From Hyphochytrium catenoides (lineage: Eukaryota; Protista; Hyphochytriomycota), in the NCBI GenBank assembly GCA_900088475.1, contig FLMG01002915.1, positions 1-50,628 on the forward strand: DNA of 50,628 bases. The letters run 5' to 3'. Made by a program: the position numbers and the translations under genes. The notes under the pieces are model-generated. The model was not told where the DNA came from. It saw only the letters and a list, made by a program, of their open reading frames with translations, and made no database searches. Of the stretch, positions 39,701-50,628 are shown in pieces; position 1 is the first letter of the stretch; each line of letters opens with the position of its first letter.

Positions 39701-42700
39701 ACAGCCGCACCTTATGCCACAGATCCATCAGCGCCTGACGTGAAAACGGACAAGTATAGAAACCCGTCGGAGGGGGCTCAAAAAGTTCTGCGACGTGGTT
39801 CTCTCCTTCCTCCTTTGCCTTATCTTCTACCTTGAGCTCCTGTTCGCCTCCACTTATGGCTTCATCTAACTGCGAGCGAGCCGCTGACGTAGCTCGTTGC
39901 TCCAAGCTGTGAAACGATTCTTTTTTTCCTTTCCGCGATTCCTTTGACGTCGTATTTTGAGAGCTGATTGTTGTAGGAGTACTACCTCTATCGGGGAGAG
40001 CGGAAGACATAGCTGGATGTGCCTCAGAGGTAGTGGAGGCTAAGAAAGAAGAGGTAGAAGAGTAGAGTTCCGGATTGATGACAATGTCACAAGCAGCCCA
40101 GTACTGTTCCTCCTCAGATCGGTCAATCTACGGTACGCATATAAGCAGTGAAATCAGTGAGAAAAGCAACATCTTGGTGGGCACTGGGACACTCTAAACA
40201 GATGAATACGGCGACAAGGGTACAGATGGAAGATACTTAGTAACAATGTTTCTTACCGCTCTCTTTGTCCTAGCTCGCCTTCCTCTCCGCAATCTGAGCT
40301 CATCTTCCACTCTGTTTTCTGCAGCGATCAAGGAGTACGATTCCTTCAGACCTGCAAGAAGAAAAGGGTATGTGAATCTCTGGCCCTCACAACTCAGGAA
40401 GGTCTAGACGCTTCATAATGGACATACCTAGGGCCGAAGACCCACTGTCTGCTTCTGCAGACAGGAAGTCTTGTTCGGTGAAATGCTGAAGGTCGCGGCC
40501 AAATGTGAACTTGTGTAAAATCTCATGGGCTCTGAGCTGTGCAAGCATAAAAAAGAAGCACCGATGTGTGAGCGAGGAAGAGAACAGGTAACTGAAGAGA
40601 GAAAGAGCACGGAGACGTCAAAACTAATGGCAAGTGGCAAGTAGGAAAGGTACTACTTGTGACGCTCTACCGCCGACAGTATCATAGAGAAGAAGGAACG
40701 CCCTCAGCGGCGGGAGTCAAATATTAGCTATACCTCCTCCTTCGAGTTCAAAAAGGGCAAAGCTAGCTGGACGTGGGCTGGAAGGCCGAGAATTCTGCGA
40801 AACAAGGGCAAAGAGAGCACCTCAGGGGTGTAGATAGAGGAACCAAACAAACGTATAAAAAAGAAATTCAAATAGTAATCGAGGACAGGGGCGAAGGTGG
40901 CATTCGCACTATGCTTTCTCACACGATGCCTACTGAACGGTGGACTCTGGCTCAACTGCCGCTAGTCATCTCATAAACCCTTCGTTGATGGCAATCAATC
41001 AAGGTTGTCTTCAGTGCAGCTCAGTGGGTTAACTCTATAGACACTTCTGATCGTGGCCCTTATCTTTACTGGTCCTCACTATCACCTTCTTACCTTTCCA
41101 CTGCCTCCTTACTTAGCTTTATATCGTAGGCGCTATCCAGCTTCATATCCTGCATCTCTTCTGCGGTCATTACTGGGTACTGAGAGCCATTGATGGTCAC
41201 ATCCAGGGCTACCCATTCTTTTTCCTCTTTGGTGCGTTGCTTTGAGGGTTTTCGTCTTGATAGGAAAGGCCGAGTATGGGACAAAGGAAGGTTCAAGACG
41301 AGCAGAGGCTAGTGAGTAACAGCCACATCGGAGGAGTCTTCGCAAGTTTAGATCTAACCTATTACAGGCAGTTCTGGGCTATCAGGGCAGTGTAGTCGCA
41401 GTGAGCAAGGTAAAATGAAGTAAATAGCAAAAGATCATAAATATCATGTCTTCTAGTCTTGCGAGTCAAGAGAGCACCCAGAAATTGGTGAGGTTTGAAG
41501 ACCTGATGACGTCTGCCAAGGACGCGGGAAGCCCTTCCTCCTCCAATTGTCTCTGAATTTGAGCGTTGAGCTCTGCTGAGCCCTCTTTTGCCCTGGCGGC
41601 CTGAGAAGAAGAGGATGAAAGAGAGAGGACAAATAGAGCTTAGTGGAGAGTAAGAGTTTCATGAAGACACATCTTATCCCCAACATAACTGATGCCGTAG
41701 GAAACAGAAAGGGTCGGAAACGGATCGTTAGCCAGTCATACCTCATTAGCTTTCTCAATTTCGAGCTCCTGGACTACAGAGCGAGAGAGAACTTTCCTTT
41801 GAAAGTCTTTCAGGGCTCGGTCTGCCTCATGTAGCACTAGACCTTCCTTACATACACGGCTAATGCTGACGGCAGTCTGGAAAAGAAAAGGAGGAGGAAC
41901 GAAGTAAGGGTTATAACGGAAAGAAAGAGTCCTCCAGAATAGGTAACATTAACATTAAGGGAGAACGCTATCGGCCAATCGATAATATAGTGGCATAAAG
42001 TGCCTTATTACCTCTTTGATAAGCTCTTCCACGGCTGCAAGCTCTTCTTTCAACTGTGGAACAGCCTCGAGAAGTAGCGTCTCTTCCCTAAGTTATAGGC
42101 AGGCAAACGTCACTTTTCTCTCTTGGGCATGGCTCTGCTTGTAACCTTTTCCTCTCGGCTCCCACCTCGTCTTAGCCTTCTTAGCTACCGTAGTACCTAC
42201 ATTCTCCGCATTTCTCTCTACTTTGCGTTATCACCCATCCTCACCTGGTCAAGTGAAGCATAAGGTCGTGAGTTCTAATTCGCTGCGGCACTCCGTCCAG
42301 GTACACAGAACTATCGATGAATGGTCGATTCCAGGCTTTAGCCCTCTTTCCCTCTTCATGCACCGATAGCAACCGAGCCTGGGAAGTTTCCAGTGACAGA
42401 GACGTCTCCTTCTTTTTCAAGTGGAACTTGTCCTCCTCCTCCCTTAGGCTTTCAAGCAGAAGGCATACAGGGAAAGAGAGTATCAGCTAGTGACAGAAAC
42501 TGGATCTGGGAAGGAGCAAAAGGCTGCTGCATCGCCCACCCTAGTCTCGTCTCGGCCGTTTGATTTAGTTCTCCGTAGAAGATAAAGGTCTCCAGCTTAC
42601 CTGAGGACCTTGTCCTTCCTAAGCTCTAATTCTCGTCCCACTTTCCTCATTACTTCCTCAATCGCTTTCAGCAGGCCTCCCTCTTGCATCGTTAAAAACT

Positions 42701-45700
42701 GAACGGCAGAGTTCTCCGCGTCAAGCTCTAGCTGCGCCACACTTCGTAGGTGAAGTAGGTCATTCAGAACAAGGTCCAATTCTTTGGAGAGATGAAGTGA
42801 GCAGCGTTAGGGTAAGACAGTGTTAGCAGCTAGAAGTTTGAATTAGGGATATAGGAAGGTATATGCGAGAAGCAACCTGGTAGTGCACGCATAAGATAGT
42901 AGGGATCAGGGACACCATGCCACAATGTAGAGGCATAAGGCAAGAGACGCCGGGAATTGGTGAGACTAAGAAAGGAACATCATGATAGGCAAAGAACACA
43001 TTGGTAAATCCCACGAGCAGGTAAAGGGAAGACGTACAGGGGAGGCTCTTGCTAGATTTCTCAGACCCGAGAACAAAGAGTAGCAGAGTATTTTACCTTT
43101 CTCCTGCTGCATCAATTGTTCCTCGTCACGCTTGGAGAAGTGCACTTCCTTCTTGGCCCTGGTTCTATCTGGAGAGGGAAGCTGAACGGACAGAGAGCGA
43201 AGGCAAGACGACGCAAAGGGAAGAGGACGCAGAGGCAAGTCAACGTGAAGACAAAGAGGTGGACGCGATTAGGTGGGCGGGTCAGGGTTCTGAGCAAGGG
43301 AGGCATTGCATCATTGCAGAGTACACTCTCCATACATAAAAGCTTAGAAGTAAATTCTGCAGCTGGAAACCTACCTTCTGTCCCATGGCAAGAGCCTTGG
43401 CATGCTTGATCTTCTCTGCCTCCCTTTCATGCAGCTCTTCGCGCAAACGGCGCAAGGTCCGTCGAACGGTTCGGAGCTTCGTGTCGGTCTCCTCCACACT
43501 GTTATTGGCCTACGAGGAGTTTTGCAAACAGTCAGATTGAGGAGAGGAATTTGCAGAACTTGAGATCAAGAACTCAGCAGAGTCTTCAAGCAGAACAAGT
43601 CTAGGTCTAAAGCGTAGAAGAGAAAGACTTTTTTAATTCGTCAGAGTGTCTCAGGGGTAAAAGGGAAGGCTGCAGCCTGAACGTACCGCCGCGTATTTCT
43701 GCTCGGCCTCTCTCTGGACTAATATCCCTCGCTTCTTGTTAGCTCTCACCTCCAGAACGTCTTGAATCAGCTTGTCTACTCCTGCGAGAAAAATAGTAAT
43801 GATAAGTTACATCCCCATTATCTTTGTAAATTGTCTCTTGTAGAGTCTCTCCTGCTCTCCGCTGACGGCTCTTAGATTCTCTCTGCTTCAGTCGCTATTT
43901 ATCCGTCTGTCGGTCTCTCTTTCGTGCTGCTCTCCCGTTTTCTCCACTCCCTTTATCTTTTTTTTCATATATCTCTGCACTTCCAATCCAAGTATTCTTC
44001 TCTACCTTCTGAGAGGGCATCGGCTGAAGAATCCGGACTGATGCCATACTGAGTCCAGTTGCTGCTCACTTCCCTGGCTTTCTCTTCTGCCTCTTTCTTC
44101 ATGGCGTCAATCTTCTCCCTTCTCCGTTCTGCCTGAAACGAACGCTCTCTGAACTGACGAGTCTCTTCCTCCTTTGCAGCCTCACGTGCTCTTCAGATGA
44201 AGCGTAGTATCAAGAAAGAGCTGGTCAGTGAGACATCCATTTCAGGGGATGGAGGTTGTACCTCCAAAACTTTGAGAGCGAATAACGTCAAGATGGCCCA
44301 TGCGATATAGGTTGCAAGTTAAGCGGACAGCGATCCATAAGGGGCAAGACGCACGTAAAAAGCACCCCCAAGCCGAGATATCATAAGGCATGGGGCAGAT
44401 GGCGGAACTGAAGCCGAAGATGGCTACCTGGCAGACTGCATTTCTTTCACTGTCTCTAACACAATCTCTGACTTCTTTTGCCATTCATCACATTCTGCGA
44501 GCTGTCTCGAGTATTGGCGGGATAGGCTGTCCTCATCCTAAAACAGGAGCAACACCAAAGACATAGAAAACGAGTTACAGAGGTGCAAAGTAGTCGTTAG
44601 GGTGGATGGAGGAAATCTGCGCCGGATTGCGAGACAGATAAAGGCACTCTCAAGGAGAGGCAAAGCATTAGCAGGAGGTAGGTGAATAAAGCGGAGGAGC
44701 TTCTTGCCTGCATGACTGCTCTCTCCATCTGCTCCCGTGTCTTCTCTTCTTCAAGATGAAATCTCTTCCTGGCCTCCTCCGCTAGTGCCTTCTGCTCTTG
44801 AATAGCATTTTGCTTCTTCCTTTCTCGCTCTTTACTTGCTCTGATATTCTTCTCAATTCTGTTCTGCTCTTCTTCCTTCTCGCGTGCTTCCTGTCGTTCC
44901 TTTGGCGTCGGACCAATAAGTCCGCCTTCAACAGTGATGGAAGTAGCAGTCGAAAGAGGGGGTCCATCTGTGCTGAATGAGCTGTCCTTTACAGCTTTTG
45001 GGCTTGATGCAGAAGGTATTGAAGCCTTATGTCGGCTGGTTTTCTTCAACAAGCTGTCTGGAGCATCTCGCTTCTTATGGACATTAGAAGAGAGTTGATT
45101 CTCTGTGGTACTAAGACGGTCGGTGTTGTCAGTCTCCCGGCCACCTAACTTGTTTTGGACCTCTTCCTCTCCATCCTCTTGCTCTTTGTTCCTGAGTTCT
45201 TTGTAGGCAACAAGAAGGTGATCAAAGTATTGGCACAAAAAGTCTTTGTGTTCTCGAAGGAGCTCATGCCCTCCTTTTAGCCAAGAGAAATGGAGGGCTG
45301 GAGGAAGAGGGTTCCCATCATAATCTTCCTTCTTCTCGATGGCGGCAAGAAGGCTGTCAACGGCCCTCCTATTCCCGGTGAGACAGCTCTTTCCATGTTC
45401 TGCAACGCAAAAGGCAAAAGGAGGAACATCGGTGTGGCATAAGTGCTGATGTTAGAGGACGGTACCGGTGATAGACTTGAGATCAGCAAATGGTCGAGAC
45501 AGATTAATATTTGACTTAACGACAAAGGCCATCATGAGGACCCACGATGAAAGAGAGGGGATCACTACTATGAGAGGTCTAATGACGATTATAAGAGGGT
45601 CATCAGGGACGGGAGAAGGGCCACTGAGCCAATTAGGAGTGAAACCTACCTGGCGACACCAAGGACTCCTCTGTACCGTGTACAATGAAGAGCGGCATGG

Positions 45701-48700
45701 TGACATCAGGAAGCAAGTCAGGAAGGGGAGTGCTCTGTTCAAAGCCCTTGAGCAGAGCAGCGACTGCTTCCAGACCCTTCCGATGCAGAGAGAGAGAGAT
45801 CGTGAGGAGAGAGCAAATGACGAGATGAATAGTCGGAACACGAAGAGGTAGACTTAGTAGTAGGAAGGCCAAAAGAGAGTGAGGCCTGTCCAGACTGAGA
45901 ATGGCGCGACAAGACGCAAGTTAGCTGAAAAATATCTAAGGGATTTCTACTAGAGTGAACCAGAGGCAGGACCGATTGAAGCCAGGAAAGCGATTAAGTG
46001 AGCAAGGACAAAATAAAGCAGAAGGTCTCGAATTCGCTGAGTTTACCTTTCGCGTTCGCCAAAATTCTTGGACAGACAACAGCTCTTTGGAGATGGCCTG
46101 CGGTCCTTGCTGCAGCAGGAGAAATATGAGCACGTAGCCACAGGATATGGAGACAGAAACGGGAAGAGAGTGACAGTGAGGAGAGGGAGAGAGAGTTCGA
46201 GAGAAGTCAGCCGGAGCCCGTCTTAGAACAACACTTAGATCGCACTTGAAGTCTATTGCCGCTAGACAACCCATCCAAGGTTAGAGAGCCCCAATACTGA
46301 GCTCTTTCCTACATTGTTAACATAGTCCTGGCTGAAGGCGGTACTGATATAGAGCTGCAGAAGCTCATTGAGGGCGGAGCTAGATGCTTGTTTTCTCTCC
46401 TTCCCTCCTTGCTTGTCCTTTAGACTCTTAGATGACTCCTCAAAGGCCTTCCTCATGCGCCTGAAGCCCTTCTTCAATCCGAAGGCAAGAGGATCTTTGA
46501 AGCCGTTGATCACGGTTACTCCGAGCAGAGAACCTAGGATGGAGGGCATTAAGGCTTCCACGCATTCATAATGATCAAGAAGGCGTTTGAAAAACTTCAT
46601 GGCGCTATAGGACGAACGCGGAAGGCAGATAGACTGGTGAATTGCAGGCAGACGCAGGTCGTCAGGGTATTGGTAGCCCGAAGGGCTGCGATACATGGAG
46701 TGGAAAGATGGCAATGCTCTGGGCTATAGGAAGCCTATATACAAACGTCAAAGGTCGCTGGTTCACAGTGCTGTTTAGGGCATAACTCTGAGATTCCGTC
46801 AGAGAAGGAATGTGTGATACCTGCAAGAGAGAGATGCTCTGGTCGAGAGAGATAGCTTGAAACGAACCGAAGAGCAAGGTGACCTCCAGAACCTGTCCCA
46901 ATAGCAGAGCATGAGCAAGGATATGAAGTAAGTAGCAGCCGCCCTTTCCTAGAGGAGACAATGCTAGATGCGTCCAGTGTGGGGTGTCAACTAAGTAGCG
47001 CACGCCTGGTAGCCCCTAGGCAATGGGAGGAGAAAGAGAGAGAAAGAAAAGAGGAGAGGAAAGGGAGGAAGTAGGCCGTATTCTTACCTAATCCCATAAT
47101 GATGTGTGGGACCGCGCCTCTCCCTCTAGCTGGCTGAGGAATCCACTGCCCTTGGGCTTGTAGTGTGGATAATAGAGCTGATAGACACTCGCAATGGAAG
47201 TCGCTGGTAAGAACTGCAAAGGAGTTAGAAACAGAGCCAGCTTTGTACCAGAAAACACACGGAAGAATGGAAGAGAGCGCACAAAGAGATGGCCAAGGAA
47301 CGAAGAGCATGCGTAAGAGCATGTAGAACGATGTATATTCAAATAGATTTAGAAGCCGTTCTTACGCTTGTTCTTCTTCCAACGTGTCCCTGGAAGGCCT
47401 GGCAGGGCCATTGCCAGGATTCTGACACTAGAAAAGCGTGATAAAAGAGCTTGGACGGGTTCTTCCAGAGACTTTAAGGTTTGGAAGAGGTCAGGTAACA
47501 GGATCAGCATGAAGGGTGCCGCCCAGTGCTCCTGTCAAACCCGAACAACCCATGCAGGTTGATGACAACGAGTGGCAAGTAATGCAAAAAGCCAAACGCA
47601 AGAGACACGATGGAGTGAGCCCTCGACAAAGAAAACATGACTAAGAGGCACACGAGTAAAATGACACACATTACCCTGGCAGCTCTTACAAGGTCAGGCT
47701 GGGCCATTAATCACCAATGTTGAAGGACCAGGGGCCGAGATTGCTTACCTCCGATATATGCCGTCTGACGGCTGATTGCCGTGCTGCTAGTACCTCCAAA
47801 GTATGGTCTTTCCCTTCGTCCGCTTCCTGTTCTTTGGGAGAACATTTCCATATTTGGTAGCGCACGATCGTTTGCTCATCCAGTTGTAGAAAAGGAGAGT
47901 CAAGGTCATCAGTATACTCTTCATTTATCCTTTCTTCTTCTATATCCTTTCCTTGCGCGGGCGTCTCCTCTTTGAGTATAGTCTTTCCCTCAGTCCCGGT
48001 AGTGAACTGACCGAATTCACCTGAGAAAGTCCACGTCAAGGAAAGGTGGTTTTATAAAGACAAAGTGAGACATCGAGCTAGGCTTTGGGCTAACCTAACC
48101 GTATAACGCGGAAGCCAAGTGGCGCATTCAAGCCCAGTGGAGTCATCGTCAGATCATTATCAGCTTCCTTCACCTACTTTCTCCTTCTTTTTCATCATGG
48201 TCCGCTTTCTCTTCCCGGGCGCCACTCTGATCAGACCCAGTCACTTCTTTGGCTTCGATCTGTTCTTTCTGTTTGAGTTCATTCCTCTTCCGCTGGAGCT
48301 CAACCAGCTCTGAGAGATTTTCTCGGACTACATCCGAAGCCCAGGGTCCAAGAGGGTCCTCAGCCCGTATGGAATATGAAGTAGACGATTGTTCGTGAGG
48401 AAAGCCAGGATTTGCAGTAGGGTCAGAGCTTGTAAGTTCTACTCTTGCTGCCTGTCTTACAGCGTTGAGAGATGACCATGAATCTTCCGTTGGGTTAGAC
48501 GCTGTACAAAGAAAGGCAAAAGTCAAAATACACCAGCCATCAGTTGCTAGCTAACCTCCCTTGTCGGTGTCCTCTACATGCCTGTTAAAAAAATATTCTT
48601 ACCGGGTCCAGCGTCCTGCGCCTTCTGTTTCTTGGGCTTCTTTTTCTTATTCTCTTTCTTCTCCCTCGTAGGGCCGGCATACGAAGCCATAAAGTTGACA

Positions 48701-50381
48701 AGGTCATTGGCAGTGAACTGACTCGCGCCTGGGCCAGCGATGTTCTGAATGACAAGCTTGCAAATTAGAGACGTCGCCGATATGTTGAGTTCCTTCAAAG
48801 CGAGGGCCAGCTCCTCAGGACCAACAAGACCGGATCCACGCTTGTCGAAGTGTCTGAAAGAGCTCTCTGCGAGACCGTTCCAGCGCAGTAGGGACGGCAG
48901 ACGTTCATCAGTATTAGATACGACAGAAGTTCATGAGATGAAAAGGCTAGAAGTACAGGGAGGAAAGAAGGAACACCAAGCCCAAGGCCAAAGGCACATA
49001 AAAAAGCAAAGAAGCAACAGGATTGGACAGAGAAACTCTAGAAAAGAAGGGCGAGGGAGATGCCCAAGGACAGAAGGAAATGCCGAGACCCTAACCTGGT
49101 CCTAATGCTGCGCCCCTCCGAGCCGCCAGTGTTAGCAGATCATAAAGCTCTGAAGTGATGCCTTGCGCTCTCGCTTGCGTCTCCTGCAATATCCTAGCTA
49201 CCTCTGGGTCAGAGTCGTCCACACGGGGGATAACCTGAACCCAGAGCTCCTGACAATGAGAAAGGGAGAAACGAGACGAGGCGTCGACCAGAAATTCTGC
49301 GCGAAGGAGGGTTACCCTTATAGAAGCCCGCTGGTTGGACTCTTCCTCCTGAGCCGCGAAATGACAAGAATCAAATAGAGCGATAAGGTGAGAGACACTT
49401 GTGACGAGGGGCTGGACAATAAATAATGTGATTGGACAGGACACACGAAGAAAGGTTCGCCCGCGAAGGAAAGGGTCATAAGATGAGGACAAAGCGTTTG
49501 CCAGCTACGATAGCGAGGACAAGATGAAGGAATAGACTGGACAGAGATCCAAGTGAATAGAGGACGACTTGAAGCAAATAGCCAATGGGAACATGGAAAG
49601 GTACGAAGAGAGGTCCGTCATGAGGGAAAGACTAACTAAAAGACAAATTTCCAGCTTTTCGTACTTTGACGTATGGAGAGAGGCTGATGAACTGCGCTAG
49701 TGTCCTCGCCATGGAGTGGTACATCAAGTTCTCCCCCTCATGGCTTATCTTAGAGTTTGCCTCGTCATAAAGTCCAAGCCGCGACTCCACATGTGGAAGA
49801 TACTCCTGCAGTCCCACAACCTGCACTCTCCACTCATGGTGTCCCATTAGCTTCGAAAAAGAGGACAAAGACAGAATCTCTTTTCTGCCGTCTCGGTACC
49901 AAGCAAGACAGAGCGGCTCTTCTTCCCGCTTTCCCTTTTGGTCTGAATGGGCCATTCTTCCTGCCAGACGGCGTTCAAAGGCCGCTTTAACGAGCATTAG
50001 CTTGGACAAGATCGGCTTGGCAGTGGTTCTCGTGGACTCTGGATAAGCCACTCTCTCTACCCTTCCGTCTTCTCCTGTCCGAAGCCAAAGATCAGGTGAA
50101 CCGTCTAGTAAGAGAACAGTTTCGGGGATGCGTAGATGGATGCCTTGCGGTGAGCATTCGGTCGCAGATGGCCCGGGAGGAAGCTTCTTACGGGCAAAGA
50201 GAGATCGTTGCTCCGTCTTCTTAGGAGAGGACAGTCCTTTAGAGCTCATCTCAGACTCATCCTGCCCCTTGAATGGGCCGGCAGAGTGCCAGAGCACTCT
50301 GAAGATCCAGTCCCAGCCCCGTGGTTCTATTCGGGGGGCAAGTTGAACCGCCAGCTCTGCGGGCAGAGTTGATTCTTCCAT
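30752..50381 (-). CDS. Giant uncharacterised multidomain protein (~55 exons, roughly 3,100 aa): N-terminal alpha/beta domain, EF-hand pair, pseudo alpha/beta-hydrolase, coiled coils with internal repeats, CxxC, two IQ motifs
   Basis: I traced a phase-consistent exon chain from ATG 50381 to TAG 30754-30752 using GT-AG plus two GC-AG introns. Landmarks: FRHFDKRGSGLVGPEEL (~48850), IIMGLGSGGHLALRF (47100/46890), PLFIVHGTEE (~45680), WLKGGHELL (~45270), CLACRSNPCKW (~33800), IQKVFRGHLGRK and IQRVFRGYQGRK (31385-31070). It could be more than one gene, but no internal stop was forced. Confidence 0.75.
33133..33171. repeat. Perfect 18-bp tandem duplication in an intron
   Basis: AGTGAAAGAACGGCGACG occurs twice (33133-33150, 33151-33168), followed by AGT. 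Confidence 0.95.
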
Positions 50382-50628
50382 TTTTCGGGTTGGCGGTGTT
50401 TACTCGAAAATTAACGTTCCTGCTACCATCACAGCCCTGGTCTCATGGACTTCATCAAACGGGAGAGAGTTCAGTCGCCATGACAATCTTGCTCCAGCCC
50501 CTATCACTCCTCAGAAAGGCGAGGAAGCTCAATTCGCTCCCCAAGTCTAATCACAAGGGCTCTCCACCGAGGATAGGTCGTCACCAAGCTCGCCCTCCGC
50601 TGTCAACTTCCATTCCTTCTCATGATAC

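Noticed and set aside
46662-47003. ORF-track frame LGKGGCYLL as the hydrolase elbow exon
   Set aside because: The alternative exon 46892-46821 (GSGGHLALRF) joins both neighbours in phase and fits the fold better.
30752-50381. Introner-type mobile introns explaining the high intron density
   Set aside because: I saw no shared sequence, terminal inverted repeats or consistent target duplications among introns. An all-vs-all BLASTn would be the decisive test.

Overview
Intron-rich eukaryotic nuclear DNA, probably stramenopile/ochrophyte-like (taxonomy is inference only), with (CT/GA)n microsatellites and two assembly gaps. Manual splicing gives seven genes: a small ankyrin-repeat protein (+), an R2R3-MYB factor (-), a TSET/TPLATE small subunit TSPOON/LOLITA-like longin (+), intronless RFT1 (-), the meiotic helicase MER3/HFM1 (+), a minimal RecQ helicase (+) and GH116 glucosylceramidase GBA2 (+). 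An eighth gene of about 55 exons and roughly 3,100 aa (-) fills 30.7-50.4 kb. It combines EF-hands, a pseudo alpha/beta-hydrolase, two unnamed repeat families and IQ motifs. Best leads: (1) a MER3 intron whose canonical GTAAGT..CAG splice creates a stop, so that functional mRNA needs a GA donor or a GAG acceptor, echoing meiosis-specific MER3 splicing in yeast; (2) the giant multidomain protein; (3) the MER3-RecQ tandem; (4) the TSET subunit. All gene models are hand-built without RNA evidence, and family calls rest on remembered motifs rather than searches.
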